The notes under the pieces are model-generated. The model saw only the letters and a list, made by a program, of their open reading frames with translations, made no database searches and was not told where the DNA came from. From NCBI GenBank assembly GCA_964187785.1, contig OZ076409.1, positions 41,604,001-41,668,000 on the forward strand: a stretch of DNA of 64,000 bases, given 5' to 3'. Origin of the DNA: Amphiscolops sp. MND2022. Its lineage: Eukaryota. Position numbers and translations under genes: made by a program. Numbering within the stretch: position 1 is the first letter of the stretch; every line of letters begins with the position of its first letter. Shown here piece after piece: positions 35,112 to 47,042 of this stretch.

Positions 35112-37355
35112 ATGACAGAAGAAAGTAAAATTGAAGTACCAAATTTCGAAGCCACATCAGACGGAAAGAAGATATTCACACCGAAACAATGGCTCGAAAG
35201 ATTTCGGCAATATGCGAAAAGGAAACACAAAATGGACATCACCGAATTGATACGGGGAGCCGAAATGACACAAACCGGTTGGACCGGAAAAGACGCCGAA
35301 ATCCAAGAAGACTTCATATGGGGAATCGGCCCCGAAGCTCTATACCAAATGACACGAGCGGAGTACAAAACCGAACCAGACAGAATAGCGGTAAAAGATC
35401 TAATCCGACTGTTTAACGAATATTTCTTACCAAAACGAAACACATACCATAACCGCGGAGAATTCTTCTGGACAAAACAGACTGAATCCGAAACACCTGA
35501 GGATTTCTGGCGGAGATTAATAGAGATAGAGAAAGAATGTGCATTCGAAGGAATAACAGCCGAAGATTTACTCATTTCAAAATTTATGACCGCAATTACG
35601 GACACGAAACTCCGAGACAAATTAATGAAAGAGAAGAAACTTGAACTGAAGAAAACAATCGAAATGATCAAACAAAACACGTACGAAAGAAAGAATCGGA
35701 AAAACACCATACCGGAAGCTTTGATATCAAACCGAGAAAAAGAAATAAAAGAAGAACCAATACAAAGAATGGAAAGATCGGACACAAGACCGAAAAACAA
35801 ATTTATAAACGAAAAACCTTGCAGATTTTGCAACGCACCGAACTGGAATCCAACTCACAAATGTCCGGCATTAGGAAAACTCTGCAATAACTGCGGAAAG
35901 AAAGGACATTTCGCACGCGTATGCAAACAAAGAGAGAACTACAAACGCAAGGTACGTAATGTGACCGAAGACGAGTCCGAGATAACTGGAGGAGAATCCG
36001 ACGAATCAGAAACGAGCATAAACAGAATTGAAAGAATTAACAGAATTACCGACAGAAATAAATATCTTACAACAACAGTGAAAGTGAACGGAATTGAAAA
36101 AGAATTTATAGTGGATACCGGATCACCGATTTCAATAATGCCTGCAGACGAAAACATAATGAAACAAACCGAAATACAGAAAGTCAAACACCGGTATCAA
36201 GATGTGAACAGAAATGAAGTAAAATTTCGGGGGAAAATACCGGCGGATGTCGAATACGAAAACAACAAACAAAAAATGCAAATACTGATAACGGAACGAA
36301 ACATTACACCACTACTCGGAATGGACTGGATGAAAAAGTTCAAATTAACAATCGGTAATATCCGAACAGAAGAAAACAATCAATCAGAAAGGAAAAGAAT
36401 AATCGAGAAATTTCCAGATTTATTCAAAAACAACACTACAATAAAAGATACCGAGATAAATATTCAACTAAAACCGGGACACTATCCGATGAAACAGAAA
36501 GCGAGACCAATCCCACTACACCTACAAGAAGATGTCGGGAAAGAATTGGAAAGATTAATAAAAACCGGACATCTGGAGAAAGTAAAACACGTGGACGAAG
36601 ATTGTTTTGTTTCACCGGTAGTAATTACGGTAAAGAACGACAAATCAGTAAAAATTGCACTGGACTCGAGAAAATTAAATGAAAGCTGTATAAAGATTCG
36701 ACCACACATGCCGAACATGGAAGAACTGCTAAATCAAATTTCGGTAGAGATCACTAGAGACCGAACAAAAGAATTGATGATGTCAAAAATCGATCTTGAT
36801 TACGCATACGGCCAAATGAAATTATCAAAAGAAACAAGCCGCCAATGTGTATTCGCAATAACCGGAGAGAAGTTTAGCGGATACTACCGATTCAAGAAGG
36901 GATTTTACGGTCTCGCAGATATACCGACAATCTTCCAAGAGAAAATTGATCGAACTTTAGAATACTGCACACCGGCATGGCTAGATGACATAATAGTGGT
37001 GACCCGAGGCGATCGGAAAGAACACGAGAAGAAATTATTCGATGTATTAAAGAAATTGGAAGACGCGGGTTACCGAGCAAGCGAACGGAAATCCGAATTC
37101 TTTCTAAAAAGCACAAAATGGCTGGGACACGAAATTGATGAAACGGGAATAAAACCGAACAAAGAAAAAGTAAAAGCAATTTTAGAATTGAAACACCCGG
37201 AAAATCAAAAGCAACTAAAATCATTCCTCGGCGCAATACAATACCTTGCAAATTTCTTACCGAGACTATCGGAAAAAACTGACAGACTCCGAAAACTCCT
37301 AAAAAGGATTCGGTATGGAACTGGGGAAAACAACAAGAAGATTTCAACAGCATAA
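35112..37355 (+). CDS. Gypsy gag-pol part 1: gag zinc knuckle, aspartic protease, reverse transcriptase
   Basis: CNNCGKKGHFARVC, FIVDTGS, KIDLDYAYGQ, WLDDIIV; frame breaks near 37305. Confidence 0.9.
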   Translation: MTEESKIEVPNFEATSDGKKIFTPKQWLERFRQYAKRKHKMDITELIRGAEMTQTGWTGKDAEIQEDFIWGIGPEALYQMTRAEYKTEPDRIAVKDLIRLFNEYFLPKRNTYHNRGEFFWTKQTESETPEDFWRRLIEIEKECAFEGITAEDLLISKFMTAITDTKLRDKLMKEKKLELKKTIEMIKQNTYERKNRKNTIPEALISNREKEIKEEPIQRMERSDTRPKNKFINEKPCRFCNAPNWNPTHKCPALGKLCNNCGKKGHFARVCKQRENYKRKVRNVTEDESEITGGESDESETSINRIERINRITDRNKYLTTTVKVNGIEKEFIVDTGSPISIMPADENIMKQTEIQKVKHRYQDVNRNEVKFRGKIPADVEYENNKQKMQILITERNITPLLGMDWMKKFKLTIGNIRTEENNQSERKRIIEKFPDLFKNNTTIKDTEINIQLKPGHYPMKQKARPIPLHLQEDVGKELERLIKTGHLEKVKHVDEDCFVSPVVITVKNDKSVKIALDSRKLNESCIKIRPHMPNMEELLNQISVEITRDRTKELMMSKIDLDYAYGQMKLSKETSRQCVFAITGEKFSGYYRFKKGFYGLADIPTIFQEKIDRTLEYCTPAWLDDIIVVTRGDRKEHEKKLFDVLKKLEDAGYRASERKSEFFLKSTKWLGHEIDETGIKPNKEKVKAILELKHPENQKQLKSFLGAIQYLANFLPRLSEKTDRLRKLLKRIRYGTGENNKKISTA

Positions 37356-37360
37356 AAGAA

Positions 37361-38746
37361 ATGTTCACCGAAGAACCTTGCCTGGCACATTATGCAAAAG
37401 ACCGAGAAAATATAGTTACAACCGATGCAAGTAAAACCGGACTTGGCATAACCTTATGGCAAAAACAATCGGACGGAGAAATAAAACCGATAGCATTCGG
37501 TAGCAGATACCTTAACGATAGCGAAAAAAACTACTCAATCGGAGAATTAGAATTACTCGCAGTTGTTTGGGGACTAGAAAAGTTCCGATTTTATTTATAC
37601 GGAAAGAAAGTCTTTTTATACACAGAACACCAAGCACTTGAACCTTTGATTAAAAGAAATCGATGCAATAGACAATACAGCGCAAGACTAACAAGATGGT
37701 TAGATCGGCTTGCGCACTTTGATATTGCCATTCAACACATTGCAGGAAGTAATCTGATTTTTACCGACTTTCTAAGTAGAAATCCGGTAGAAAGCGCATC
37801 AAACGAAGACGTATACGACGAGCAATACGTAATCAATATTCTTTCCGAGCACGCCGAATTAAACGTAAAATACGGAACGCTGTTCGCCGACCAATCACAA
37901 GCCGCACCGGAAAGAAATAAAACAACCGAAGAGCATTCTAACAACCAATCACATCAAAATAGAATATTCGAGAATAACCGAGACGTGAACAAAATGAACA
38001 AACAAACGAACAGCGCACCAAATAAACGCCAACGAAAAGCTAAAACGGAAAGTTCAATCCGATATCTAAATTCCAATTCAAATCAAAATTCAAACTTGTT
38101 AAACAATTTACCTTTATTTAAGAACGAAATGGACAGAGATTACTTCCATTGGGGCGCGACGGCCGAAATCATGGAGATAATCCGAAGACGCAGAAAGAGC
38201 CCAGAAACCCTCAGACTCGTAGAAAGACGATTGGAAATTTCCCGACCGGGAACAATGCGCCGGAAATTCGACATGAACGCGCAAAGACAGATCTGGGTCC
38301 CCTCTAGACCGAACAAAAGAAGTCGCCAAGAAATAGCTGAGATAGACGGCGAATTGCTGACAAGAGCAAACAGATTCGGTGGGGGTTACCAACCATTAGA
38401 GGAAAGAATGGAAGAAACCCAAGAGACACCACAACCGGAGATGGCCGAAGAAACCGAACAAGAAAGTGAGGGCGAAAGCCAAGTAATCCGGGGCGACAAC
38501 TTTCCCATCGTAGACCTAAAAGCATACAATACCGAGGGGAAAGAGGCCCAATTCATTCAAATCAACCAAATCATCGAAAAAACAACCGGAAATCAAAAGA
38601 ACACCGAAGAAACAATTAAAAAAGCTGAATTCAACTTCATGCTCGATCTGAAGACGCTGATCGCAAAATCATGCGTCCCGAGTACGGGACGCAATGAGGC
38701 GAGGCGAAAAGAATACGGCTCCAGAACACTACCGAGCAAACTTTGA
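37361..38746 (+). CDS. Gypsy pol part 2: RNase H plus long spacer
   Basis: VTTDASKTGLG, YSIGELELLAVVWG, YTEHQAL, DFLSR. Confidence 0.85.
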   Translation: MFTEEPCLAHYAKDRENIVTTDASKTGLGITLWQKQSDGEIKPIAFGSRYLNDSEKNYSIGELELLAVVWGLEKFRFYLYGKKVFLYTEHQALEPLIKRNRCNRQYSARLTRWLDRLAHFDIAIQHIAGSNLIFTDFLSRNPVESASNEDVYDEQYVINILSEHAELNVKYGTLFADQSQAAPERNKTTEEHSNNQSHQNRIFENNRDVNKMNKQTNSAPNKRQRKAKTESSIRYLNSNSNQNSNLLNNLPLFKNEMDRDYFHWGATAEIMEIIRRRRKSPETLRLVERRLEISRPGTMRRKFDMNAQRQIWVPSRPNKRSRQEIAEIDGELLTRANRFGGGYQPLEERMEETQETPQPEMAEETEQESEGESQVIRGDNFPIVDLKAYNTEGKEAQFIQINQIIEKTTGNQKNTEETIKKAEFNFMLDLKTLIAKSCVPSTGRNEARRKEYGSRTLPSKL

Positions 38747-40286
38747 GAAACTAAACAATAAGTGGGGACTGACATTCAACGACGACCGAATTGTTGTACC
38801 CGCTGAATTGAGAAAGAAACTGCTAGACACGCTGCATTTCGGACATGCCGGAACTACCAAAATGTCAGCCGAGGCCAAAATCTTCTGGTGGCCAAACATG
38901 CTAAAGGAAATAGAAGATAAAACAAAAAACTGTGTGGCCTGCATGTCATCGGGTAAGAACTTAAAATACCAACTACCGAAACAAAATTTTGGGAAACTAA
39001 AAACACTAACCGAACCGGGACAAGAAATCCAAATTGATTTTTCGAGAAAACTGAACAATAAAAATTTGAACGGCGACCATCAAATCCTAATTGCAATAGA
39101 TAGATTCAGCAAATGGCCAACGGCAAAAATTTGCAAATCCTCGGAAACTAAAGAGGTAATAAACTTTCTGAAACAAAATTTTAATCTGTACGGACTACCA
39201 GAGAAAATAAAAACGGACAAAGGTGGAGCGTTCGTTTCGAAAGAATACAAAGAATTTTGTAAATCGAAAAACATCGAAATCGAATATAGCACACCGAGAA
39301 TGCATACCGGCACGGGAGCAGTAGAACGCGCGATACAAACATTGAAAAACCTCATAATCGCGAACCTAGAGGATAAAACATGCCTAACCGAATGTGTAAA
39401 TAAAGCATTAAACGTAATGCGATTTACAATACATACGGGATTAAAAATAACACCGTTTGAATTACATCACGGCCGGAAACCACGAACCGAACTAACAAAT
39501 ATAATAAAAGATGGAAAAACTTTCCTTTCTAAATGGTCGGAACTAACTGTTTCAGCTAACAATCGACCGAAAATACCGATCTACGTAACCAGAAATGGTG
39601 AGGGAGAGGTATCAAACCACCTGATCATGGCCCGAACAAAAACGGAAGAAAAAGCTATGACCGAAAAATCACCAAAGAAGAAAAATCCGGTTGGTAAATA
39701 CCCTTTTCAATTCTTCGAAAAAAACCATAATAAGAAACCACTTGAAGGCAGATTTCAAAGAAAATTACAAACGGCAATAAGTGGTACGGAACACACCGTA
39801 ACCACTGATACCGGAAAAATAATCCACCGAAAATTTATTTCGGAACCGATTATATTTCAGAAAGACAAGAAGGCAACACCGAAGATCGGAGACAACATCA
39901 ACCCAAAAAACCGACATTGCCTGAGGGGGGTCGATGGAAAATACACCCAGTGGAACGAAATCCTCAGGGATGTATTGAACGGAAAGCTGAAAATTGTACA
40001 AAATCAACGGGCCGAATCCGACTCTGAGAGTGAGGAGGGTGAAATCGAGGAGGAAGAAAGCGATTTCGAAAACCACGACACCTCAGAGAGGAACGGAAAA
40101 TACAAACCCGTAACAACATCACCAGAAGATGAATTGAATCTTCATACGGACGGTGAGATAAATCCGGGTGAGAACCAAATAAATAATAAAATTACCGAAA
40201 ATGAAAAAATAAGACGGTCAAACCGTGAAAGTAGACAACCGAACAGATACGGGGGGGTTACATACACAAAAAACTTTTGGATATGA
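38694..40286 (+). CDS. Gypsy pol part 3: integrase with long C-terminal tail
   Basis: HHCC (LHFGHAG..CVAC), IQIDF, KTDKGGAF, VERAIQTLK, TPFELHHGRKPRT. Confidence 0.9.
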   Translation: MRRGEKNTAPEHYRANFEKLNNKWGLTFNDDRIVVPAELRKKLLDTLHFGHAGTTKMSAEAKIFWWPNMLKEIEDKTKNCVACMSSGKNLKYQLPKQNFGKLKTLTEPGQEIQIDFSRKLNNKNLNGDHQILIAIDRFSKWPTAKICKSSETKEVINFLKQNFNLYGLPEKIKTDKGGAFVSKEYKEFCKSKNIEIEYSTPRMHTGTGAVERAIQTLKNLIIANLEDKTCLTECVNKALNVMRFTIHTGLKITPFELHHGRKPRTELTNIIKDGKTFLSKWSELTVSANNRPKIPIYVTRNGEGEVSNHLIMARTKTEEKAMTEKSPKKKNPVGKYPFQFFEKNHNKKPLEGRFQRKLQTAISGTEHTVTTDTGKIIHRKFISEPIIFQKDKKATPKIGDNINPKNRHCLRGVDGKYTQWNEILRDVLNGKLKIVQNQRAESDSESEEGEIEEEESDFENHDTSERNGKYKPVTTSPEDELNLHTDGEINPGENQINNKITENEKIRRSNRESRQPNRYGGVTYTKNFWI

Positions 40287-40849
40287 TGTTGATGAATTAA
40301 AATTGTTACAGGTATCACCGAGAGATGGAACAGTCGAAAGGAGCCGCCGAAACCACTGACGAAGCCAGCCGACTTCATTCGAGAAAACACCCCAACACCG
40401 GGAACCTCGAAACAGTAACCGAAAGGAACTTAGAAGGGAGGAAATGTTATACGGTACACATACCGAACCGATCCTTTCGGTTGACACTGTCAATCACAAA
40501 ACTTTAGATCATTCTCATCATAGACATTTATTTATACATATGCTTACATATTGGTAAACAACATGTGTTACTTTGCCTTATATCGAAATTGCATCAGTTA
40601 GATACTTTTCGTAGCTAGAGAATAGATCGTTTCACTGACAGTATTTATAATCTGAAAAGATACTTTTAAATAAACTTATTTGTTTTCTTATTCAACCAAG
40701 AATATAGAACAGATTCTAGTCAAGACTGAATTGATTGAGTCAGAAATTGATTCTAGAAAGAAATACTTGATGACATTTACATGTACAGATTTTTTAAACA
40801 ACAGATTTAAAGGCGGTATAAACTGGTACAGTGCTTAATCGTGCGCTAA

Positions 40850-41800
40850 ATAATGATTAAACAGGAGTGTATTGGTATTCCAGATATGATTCTATTATCA
40901 ATGAAAGATTAAAGCAGAAATGATAGTGTGCCCCGGAGGGGCCTATTTTCATAATTGAAAAACTATATCGGCAACGCTAAATTTCAGAGGATTGCTGTGG
41001 CGATCAACTATTTGGATGATGATTTGAGAATCAAGTTTGGTCGTTTGTCTGGGAAGCTCAAAATGAAACTCCATAATTGATGCACCAAGTATGTTTTTTT
41101 GGCGAAGGCCCATTACAAATATCACAACATAATTGACAGCTTATAGACCTCTTTATTTATTATCTTGGTATTTTTTCCTTCAAAGTTTCGTGGATCGGCT
41201 GTAAACAGCGGTGAGATTTCTGTAACTCTGCTGCATCTAATAACCAAGAAACGTTTTATCGGCAACGACATTTCCGGAGTCATTATGGATCATCCATAGT
41301 TGTTTGTAGCCTGTTAGATTTTTTGCACGATTCTGTCACTTGGATTTAAGAAGAGCATGATACATGTTCGAATTTCTCAACTCACTATTGTTGGGCCTTA
41401 AGTAAGGCTATCTCTAGATTAGTTGGATAGTTAGTGATGACAAAAAAACCGCATTTGTGCAGAAAAAAGCCATGGTGAGCAGTCAGATCTCGGTGAACTT
41501 GAGAAAGTCAAACGACAGCTTCAAGCTGACCATTGCTTGACTACTTGGATGCAAATTTGGTACTATTGGTCGCTATGGGGCGATAGTATCCGAAAAGGGG
41601 CACTGACTTAGAAAAGCAGAATTGCTGGTTCCGGTGTTGAAACGGGAGAATTGGGAATCTTTCGACAGTTTTATACACTTCGGTTACGTTTTGGATGATT
41701 TTGTGGGTATGCGTATCCAGATTTCAATTACAAAACAAGTAGCATGGTCTTTAACAAGGAATTGTTTTTTATACAAAAAACTCTAAAAGACGGCAGTTTA
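40850..41800 (+). pseudogene. Possible highly decayed LTR-retrotransposon pol relic
   Basis: Scattered FQR..NYLDD (~40980-41020) and RNase H-like fragments; no open frame. Confidence 0.3.
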
Positions 41801-44800
41801 CTTTTTATCATCCAATGAAAAAATTTATTAGATTCCCGCACTTTAAAAAAACCGACAGAAAATAAACCAAATTTACCCTTTTCTGTCTACAAGAGGCACC
41901 TCCCGGTTTTTCGAAGATCTGACAGTATTCGATTTCCACAGTTTGTCCATTTCGAATTTGAGAAAGAGTTGCCTCTCCAGAGTCGAATTATTCGGAATCG
42001 AAAATTGCAACTAATTTCCAGGGTCGAATTATTTAGGATCGAATTTTACAGGGCACAATAGCAATGGCATAATATGAATGAAGCTTTCACTTCTTTCGAT
42101 GCTTAATAAAATCAAGTCACAAATCGATCCTAGATAATTTTGCACATTTTTCGATCCTACATAATTCGACTCTGCACAGCAATCCCTTGAGAAACAGTGA
42201 TTCCAAAAGTCAGATGTATTTTTGGCCTTGAGATAATTCCCTTGTTTAAAAATGGTGCCTTTTTGAGAAAACTTCCAATTTGCAACTAAATGAAGACGGA
42301 TATAGCCCAGATATAGGTTTCTGAGCAAAATTCAAAGAATAACCTCTTTCAACCTTGAATCAAGCTGTTCTCTAAATTTTAGAATCCGTAATAAAGTTTT
42401 TGCTCAATTTTTCATTTTTCTTCCGCAGAAATTTGTTAGAAATTAGTGGCGGAAAGAACACTACGTTGACATCGGTAGAAGGAAAACGCCCATTTTGACC
42501 AAGCAAACAGCCGAAAAACTGCTGGACTTGTAAAAGAAGGCTTGCAATAACAAAATGGCAAATTTGAAGGACTGTTTACGCTGTAATTCCTATTTTTGAT
42601 GACATTATTTCGAAATTCAATTCTGTTTCTAATTTTTTGGAGTCTAGTCACTTCCGTAGTGATTCTTTCAGTCTATCGGAAGGTGTCTCGAAAATGCGTG
42701 ACTTTTTTGAACTGTTTAATTTCAAAAGAACTGTCTCTTGTAATATAAAGACAAAGGCTCTGTGGACTTATTTGTGGCGTATTGAGGAGTTTTAGCGGCA
42801 CAAAATTAAAAAATTTTTCTCAATTTGGATTAATTTAAATTTGATGGTTTTTTCAATATTTTAGTTTCAGGATTGGTTTTTCCAGCGGTTTTTACCATGG
42901 AAGTTTATTTAACTGCTACGAAACACTGTATTTCAGTCACCAGAGAATGATCACGTTCAATTTTTTTCTCGAAAATATGGAACTTCTTTCATTTTCAATT
43001 ACAAAATATAAATGTTTAATAGAAGCGATAAAGTCAGCAGTTTTCTCTTCTCAGACTGAAATATGAAAGAAAAGTTAAACAACATGGTTCTGTTCACCCA
43101 CCGCTCCACCCATCGGATTCAAAATGCATCGTTTGTAATTTTTTACCCGTCACTAATGTGAAATTGTTTCAATGTTTAAAATAGCTTTGTAATAAAAGAC
43201 AATTTTCTCATTTTTATTGAAATAACTGTTTAATGACGCGGATGGACATTGTTTCGTGGCTTCATAAAGCGAAAGATGGTGAACATTTTCATGCAGTATA
43301 AAAGAATCTTAAATTGCCGAAAAAATGTGAAAATGTGTAATCAGTATGGTTTGAGTTCAAACACTTAAAAATAACTCCTATTAGTCGAGAAAAAGATAGC
43401 AACGGAAAGAAATAAACACAATTTTACAACTTAGTATTAATAGGATTTCCCTAGTCGAGAGACAATTTTCCTGTCTAGTTCTCGTCTGTGAAAAAGACGT
43501 CTGTATTCTTGTAACTAGCGTTTACAAACATTTTTTCGTCTCATTTCATTCCTTGTTTTAACATTTCGTCTCATTCAGCTCATAGAAATCCGGTTGTTTA
43601 GAAAATCGCCTAATTAAATGGTTTATCAAAATTGGATTTTTCGAAGAGATGGTCGGTCAGTTTACCTCAAAAAAGGCTCTGCAAATAAATTGTTATTGAT
43701 TTATGGTTTTGGAGAAAAGATTCAAACCGATCAAGAGGTATTTCAGAATGTAAATTTCCCAGGATTATGAATTCATAGAGTTTCGTCACTTTGATGTCCA
43801 GGATTTCAAAAGACGCCATCCTTTTCAGATTTTTTTTCACTGTGAATGACCATTACACTAAATGGAACCTTTTTTAGCTGAAAATAAAAAACAAAATGAG
43901 AACACTTTATTATAATCCAAAACATTCGAAGACTTTGCACTGACAGCGCGGAAAAAAATTTTAGTTTTGTAATTCAAAAATGTGAAAAATGAAGGGTTGA
44001 ATTTTTTTGTCTGTTCAGACCTTAAGCTCATAGTCGATTTTTTGTAGCAGTTCGACGCCTCCGTGATCCTAAGGGTTGATATCGGCAAAAGCACCTTTGT
44101 CAACTAACAAAAAACTTTTCTTCACTGGGGCATTTGAGGTCCGTGACCGCGTCTAATCTTAAAAACGAAAACCATCGGGAGTTATCGTAACAAAACGGCA
44201 CCTCTGGTCGATACTGCTGCAACATTTTACTTCCAGATTTTAAAAAACAAGGAAAACTACTTGAGACGGATGACAAACAAATTCATATAAAAGTTCCCTA
44301 CGACCCTGTCATGTTGAAAACATGACGAAATTCAACGCTGATGTCAACGACACCATCACGAAGCAAGATGAAAACTAATATACACAAGAGTGACAAGCTA
44401 CATGAAAATGAAGAGGTGCAATCAACCACTTTCCTTTATAAAACAAACTCAAGCATTTTCATATACACCAATTTGCATTAGTTTAACAAGTGTCATACCC
44501 GATTGAGGAAACATACAATGCTGTAGTAACCTTAACGCAATTATTTAGTTCGTGATAGCCATTTTTATTAGTTAGTGATTCATGTAACGATGGCAACGCG
44601 CCGTCACCATATTTCATTGCCACGCTGAAATAGACGCAAATTGCGTAATTAGCAACCAAGGTGCAAATTAACACCAATTTAACACTGTCACAATAGTTGT
44701 CAAAACGGTCACGTGACATTGGAAAGCTTGATAGCAGGTGCAAAAGCGCAACCATTAACATTTGCTACTTCATAACGTACAGTTGATAACCACATTGCTA

Positions 44801-45345
44801 AATTGAAAACTGATTTCTCTCCTACAATCAACCAGAATGTCTCGTAAATACTTCATTACTCAATTCATTCTTAACACTTCTATTTCGTATTTATAGTAGT
44901 AACAAGGTCTCAAAGTTCGGAAGCGATCAACACAAACCAAATAATATGGATTACTACAGTGACAATGAAAGCGATATTAGCATTCCCGAGTGTAACTCAC
45001 GTGGTGTGACTAATGACATTGAAAATGCAAACGTGTTTGATCTCGAGCGAGATCATTAAAGGGTCAGATACGACCAAAAATTTATCGAATGAATAATCAA
45101 ATCAGAGAATTGACTACGATAGTTTAAGCACTCGCTGATCAAATTACCCCCACTAAAACAATTTCGGAACGAAATACCTCTATGAAAAGGGAAAAGAATA
45201 CGCATGATGTTGTTTACCAAGACACATTGCGTGATCCTGACAAACCCAGAGGGCTTTGCCGGCAATTACCCGCGCTTTTACAAAAAAAATTGTTATATAT
45301 TCCACGCCGTTGGAAGTTTATAAAAATTCATCCATGTCAAAATTT

Positions 45346-45845
45346 CAACAAGGCGCGAACGGCCCAAGTCGGCGCCCGAATCAAGTTTTTGGTTTAGTGC
45401 GAGCCTCGAACCCACGTAGTCCTCGCAACCAAAGCCGGAAATCCGTGTTAACCACTAGGCCAAGTGGTAGTGACAGTGAGCAGTTAGTAAGTTATAGAAA
45501 TGCTCATACAAATCTGTCAGTTCGCTAGATTTGGAAAAAAACTCGCTTATAGCGCAATATGTTCGAACCTCCGCCGTAGCTGAACACAATTTCCGCCAGA
45601 TTTAACGTCAAAAATATGGGTAAAGCGCCATATTTTCGAACCCTAATCAAATCTTCAGTGAAACGCAATTTACTTCGTTTATAACGTCGAAAATTTGGCT
45701 TAAGCGTGCCGGATAGGCTTACTGGTCTTTGCTGTATGTTTTCTCCATCTGTGCTCGGTAATAGCGGACAGATCCAAGCTACTGGAGAAAAACAACTAGG
45801 CACAGTAAGAATCGTGCTTTCTCTCCAGACACGCCGGCTAAAAAA
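45346..45845 (-). mobile_element. Diverged family A Helentron-like copy with tRNA-like segment
   Basis: AACAAGGCGCGAACGGCCCAAGTCGGCGC ... ACGCCGGCTAAAAA; minus-strand A box TGGCCTAGTGG and B-box-like GGGTTCGAG. Confidence 0.6.
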
Positions 45846-46142
45846 GGACAATCATCGTAAATTTCTGTGCACAAAAATTGGTTCTCCATCAGTGAAGTTA
45901 TCTGAGAAAATAACAAACATGGCTAACAAAAATAAAATGGATGGCTTTAAATTAGGAAGAAAAAACACATTGAAACGACTTTAGAATTGAGAAACCTCGA
46001 ATCATCGCACCAGCTGCTGAATTTGATTCATGGCAGGTTCATGCGTTTTATTCACCAAATCGAGAACGTATTCTGAGGATGCTAGTTTAATTAATAAAAT
46101 TGCATTTCATTGTTATCTTTGTTCAGATCTCCAATCTTATTA

Positions 46143-46612
46143 ATAACAAGACGGCAACGTCTAAAGTCGGCGTTATATCTAATTCTCAAAAAGCCCAGTT
46201 TTTAAAATATGAAAAACTCCTGTTTTCGAACCTCCGCCTCCTTCTTAATAAACCGCAATATACTTCGGATATAACGTCAAAAGTTCGGATATAGCGCTTT
46301 ACTCAGGATATTAGGAGGATGAATTTCAATAAAATCGAAGGAGGGACCCTTTGGAGACAAAAGAATACGAAAAAGTCGAACAGTGCCGAAAAAAATAAAG
46401 TGAGCTATAGTCTCGTCCGATTTTGTATTTTACGTTAAATATGGAATAAATGAAAGGGGGAATCTTTGCACTAGTTTACATGCGTCTCCGCTTGCCTATC
46501 CAGTAATTTCGTAGTTCTGTAAAAAGTGTCCACTACGCATACATTCTGTTATCTGACGAAAAAAATAGAAAAAAAATACCACAGTTTTAGTTGCACTCAA
46601 TTTCTACTAAAA
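46143..46612 (-). mobile_element. Diverged family A Helentron-like copy
   Basis: AACAAGACGGCAACGTCTAAAGTCGGCG end and internal modules shared with 9145-9638. Confidence 0.6.
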
Positions 46613-47042
46613 ACACTTTGTTTGTTCAGCTATAGCTAACTCTATTCGAAAGTAACAAAAGGTTTAAGGGCATCAAACAATTCAGTCTTAAGAATTATTT
46701 GTCGATAACACTCTGATGTTGATGTCCAAACCAAACTAGTTCAGACGATTTCTGAGAAGGTCGTCTGGCGTCGGTATTCGACAATTTATTAACTCGATTC
46801 CCAAACGCTCGTAAAAATTGGCCTCAAGAGTAAATCTTAAAAAATCTACTCGCGCTTGAGGTTATGCTAGAGATCTGAAGATTCAGCTTCAGATTGTAAC
46901 CGGCAGAATGCTATTATCGAGAGCACTTGTTGAATGTTTTCAAGTTTTGAATATCATCGGTCGGTTGGTTTGAATCAGCACATTTTGAATCCAAATATGC
47001 CCGAGGAACGAGTATCACATTGAAGTGTTCATTCGTCCTTTA

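Larger units (their letters stand above)
33039..40711 (+). mobile_element. Gypsy/Ty3 LTR retrotransposon, near full length
   Basis: TG..CA LTRs at 33039-35058 (split by Tc1) and 40445-40711 (267 bp, about 6 differences); 5-bp TSD GATTC; purine tract TAGAAGGGAGGAAA before the 3' LTR; order gag-PR-RT-RH-IN. Confidence 0.95.

Noticed and set aside
37290..38750. Programmed frameshifting in Gypsy pol
   Set aside because: Breaks fall late in RT and just before integrase, not at the gag-pol junction; more likely mutations or sequence errors.
35081..40493. Minus-strand ORFs over the Gypsy (and over EZH2/RanBP3 exons)
   Set aside because: Antisense shadows of real coding sequence with no domain motifs.
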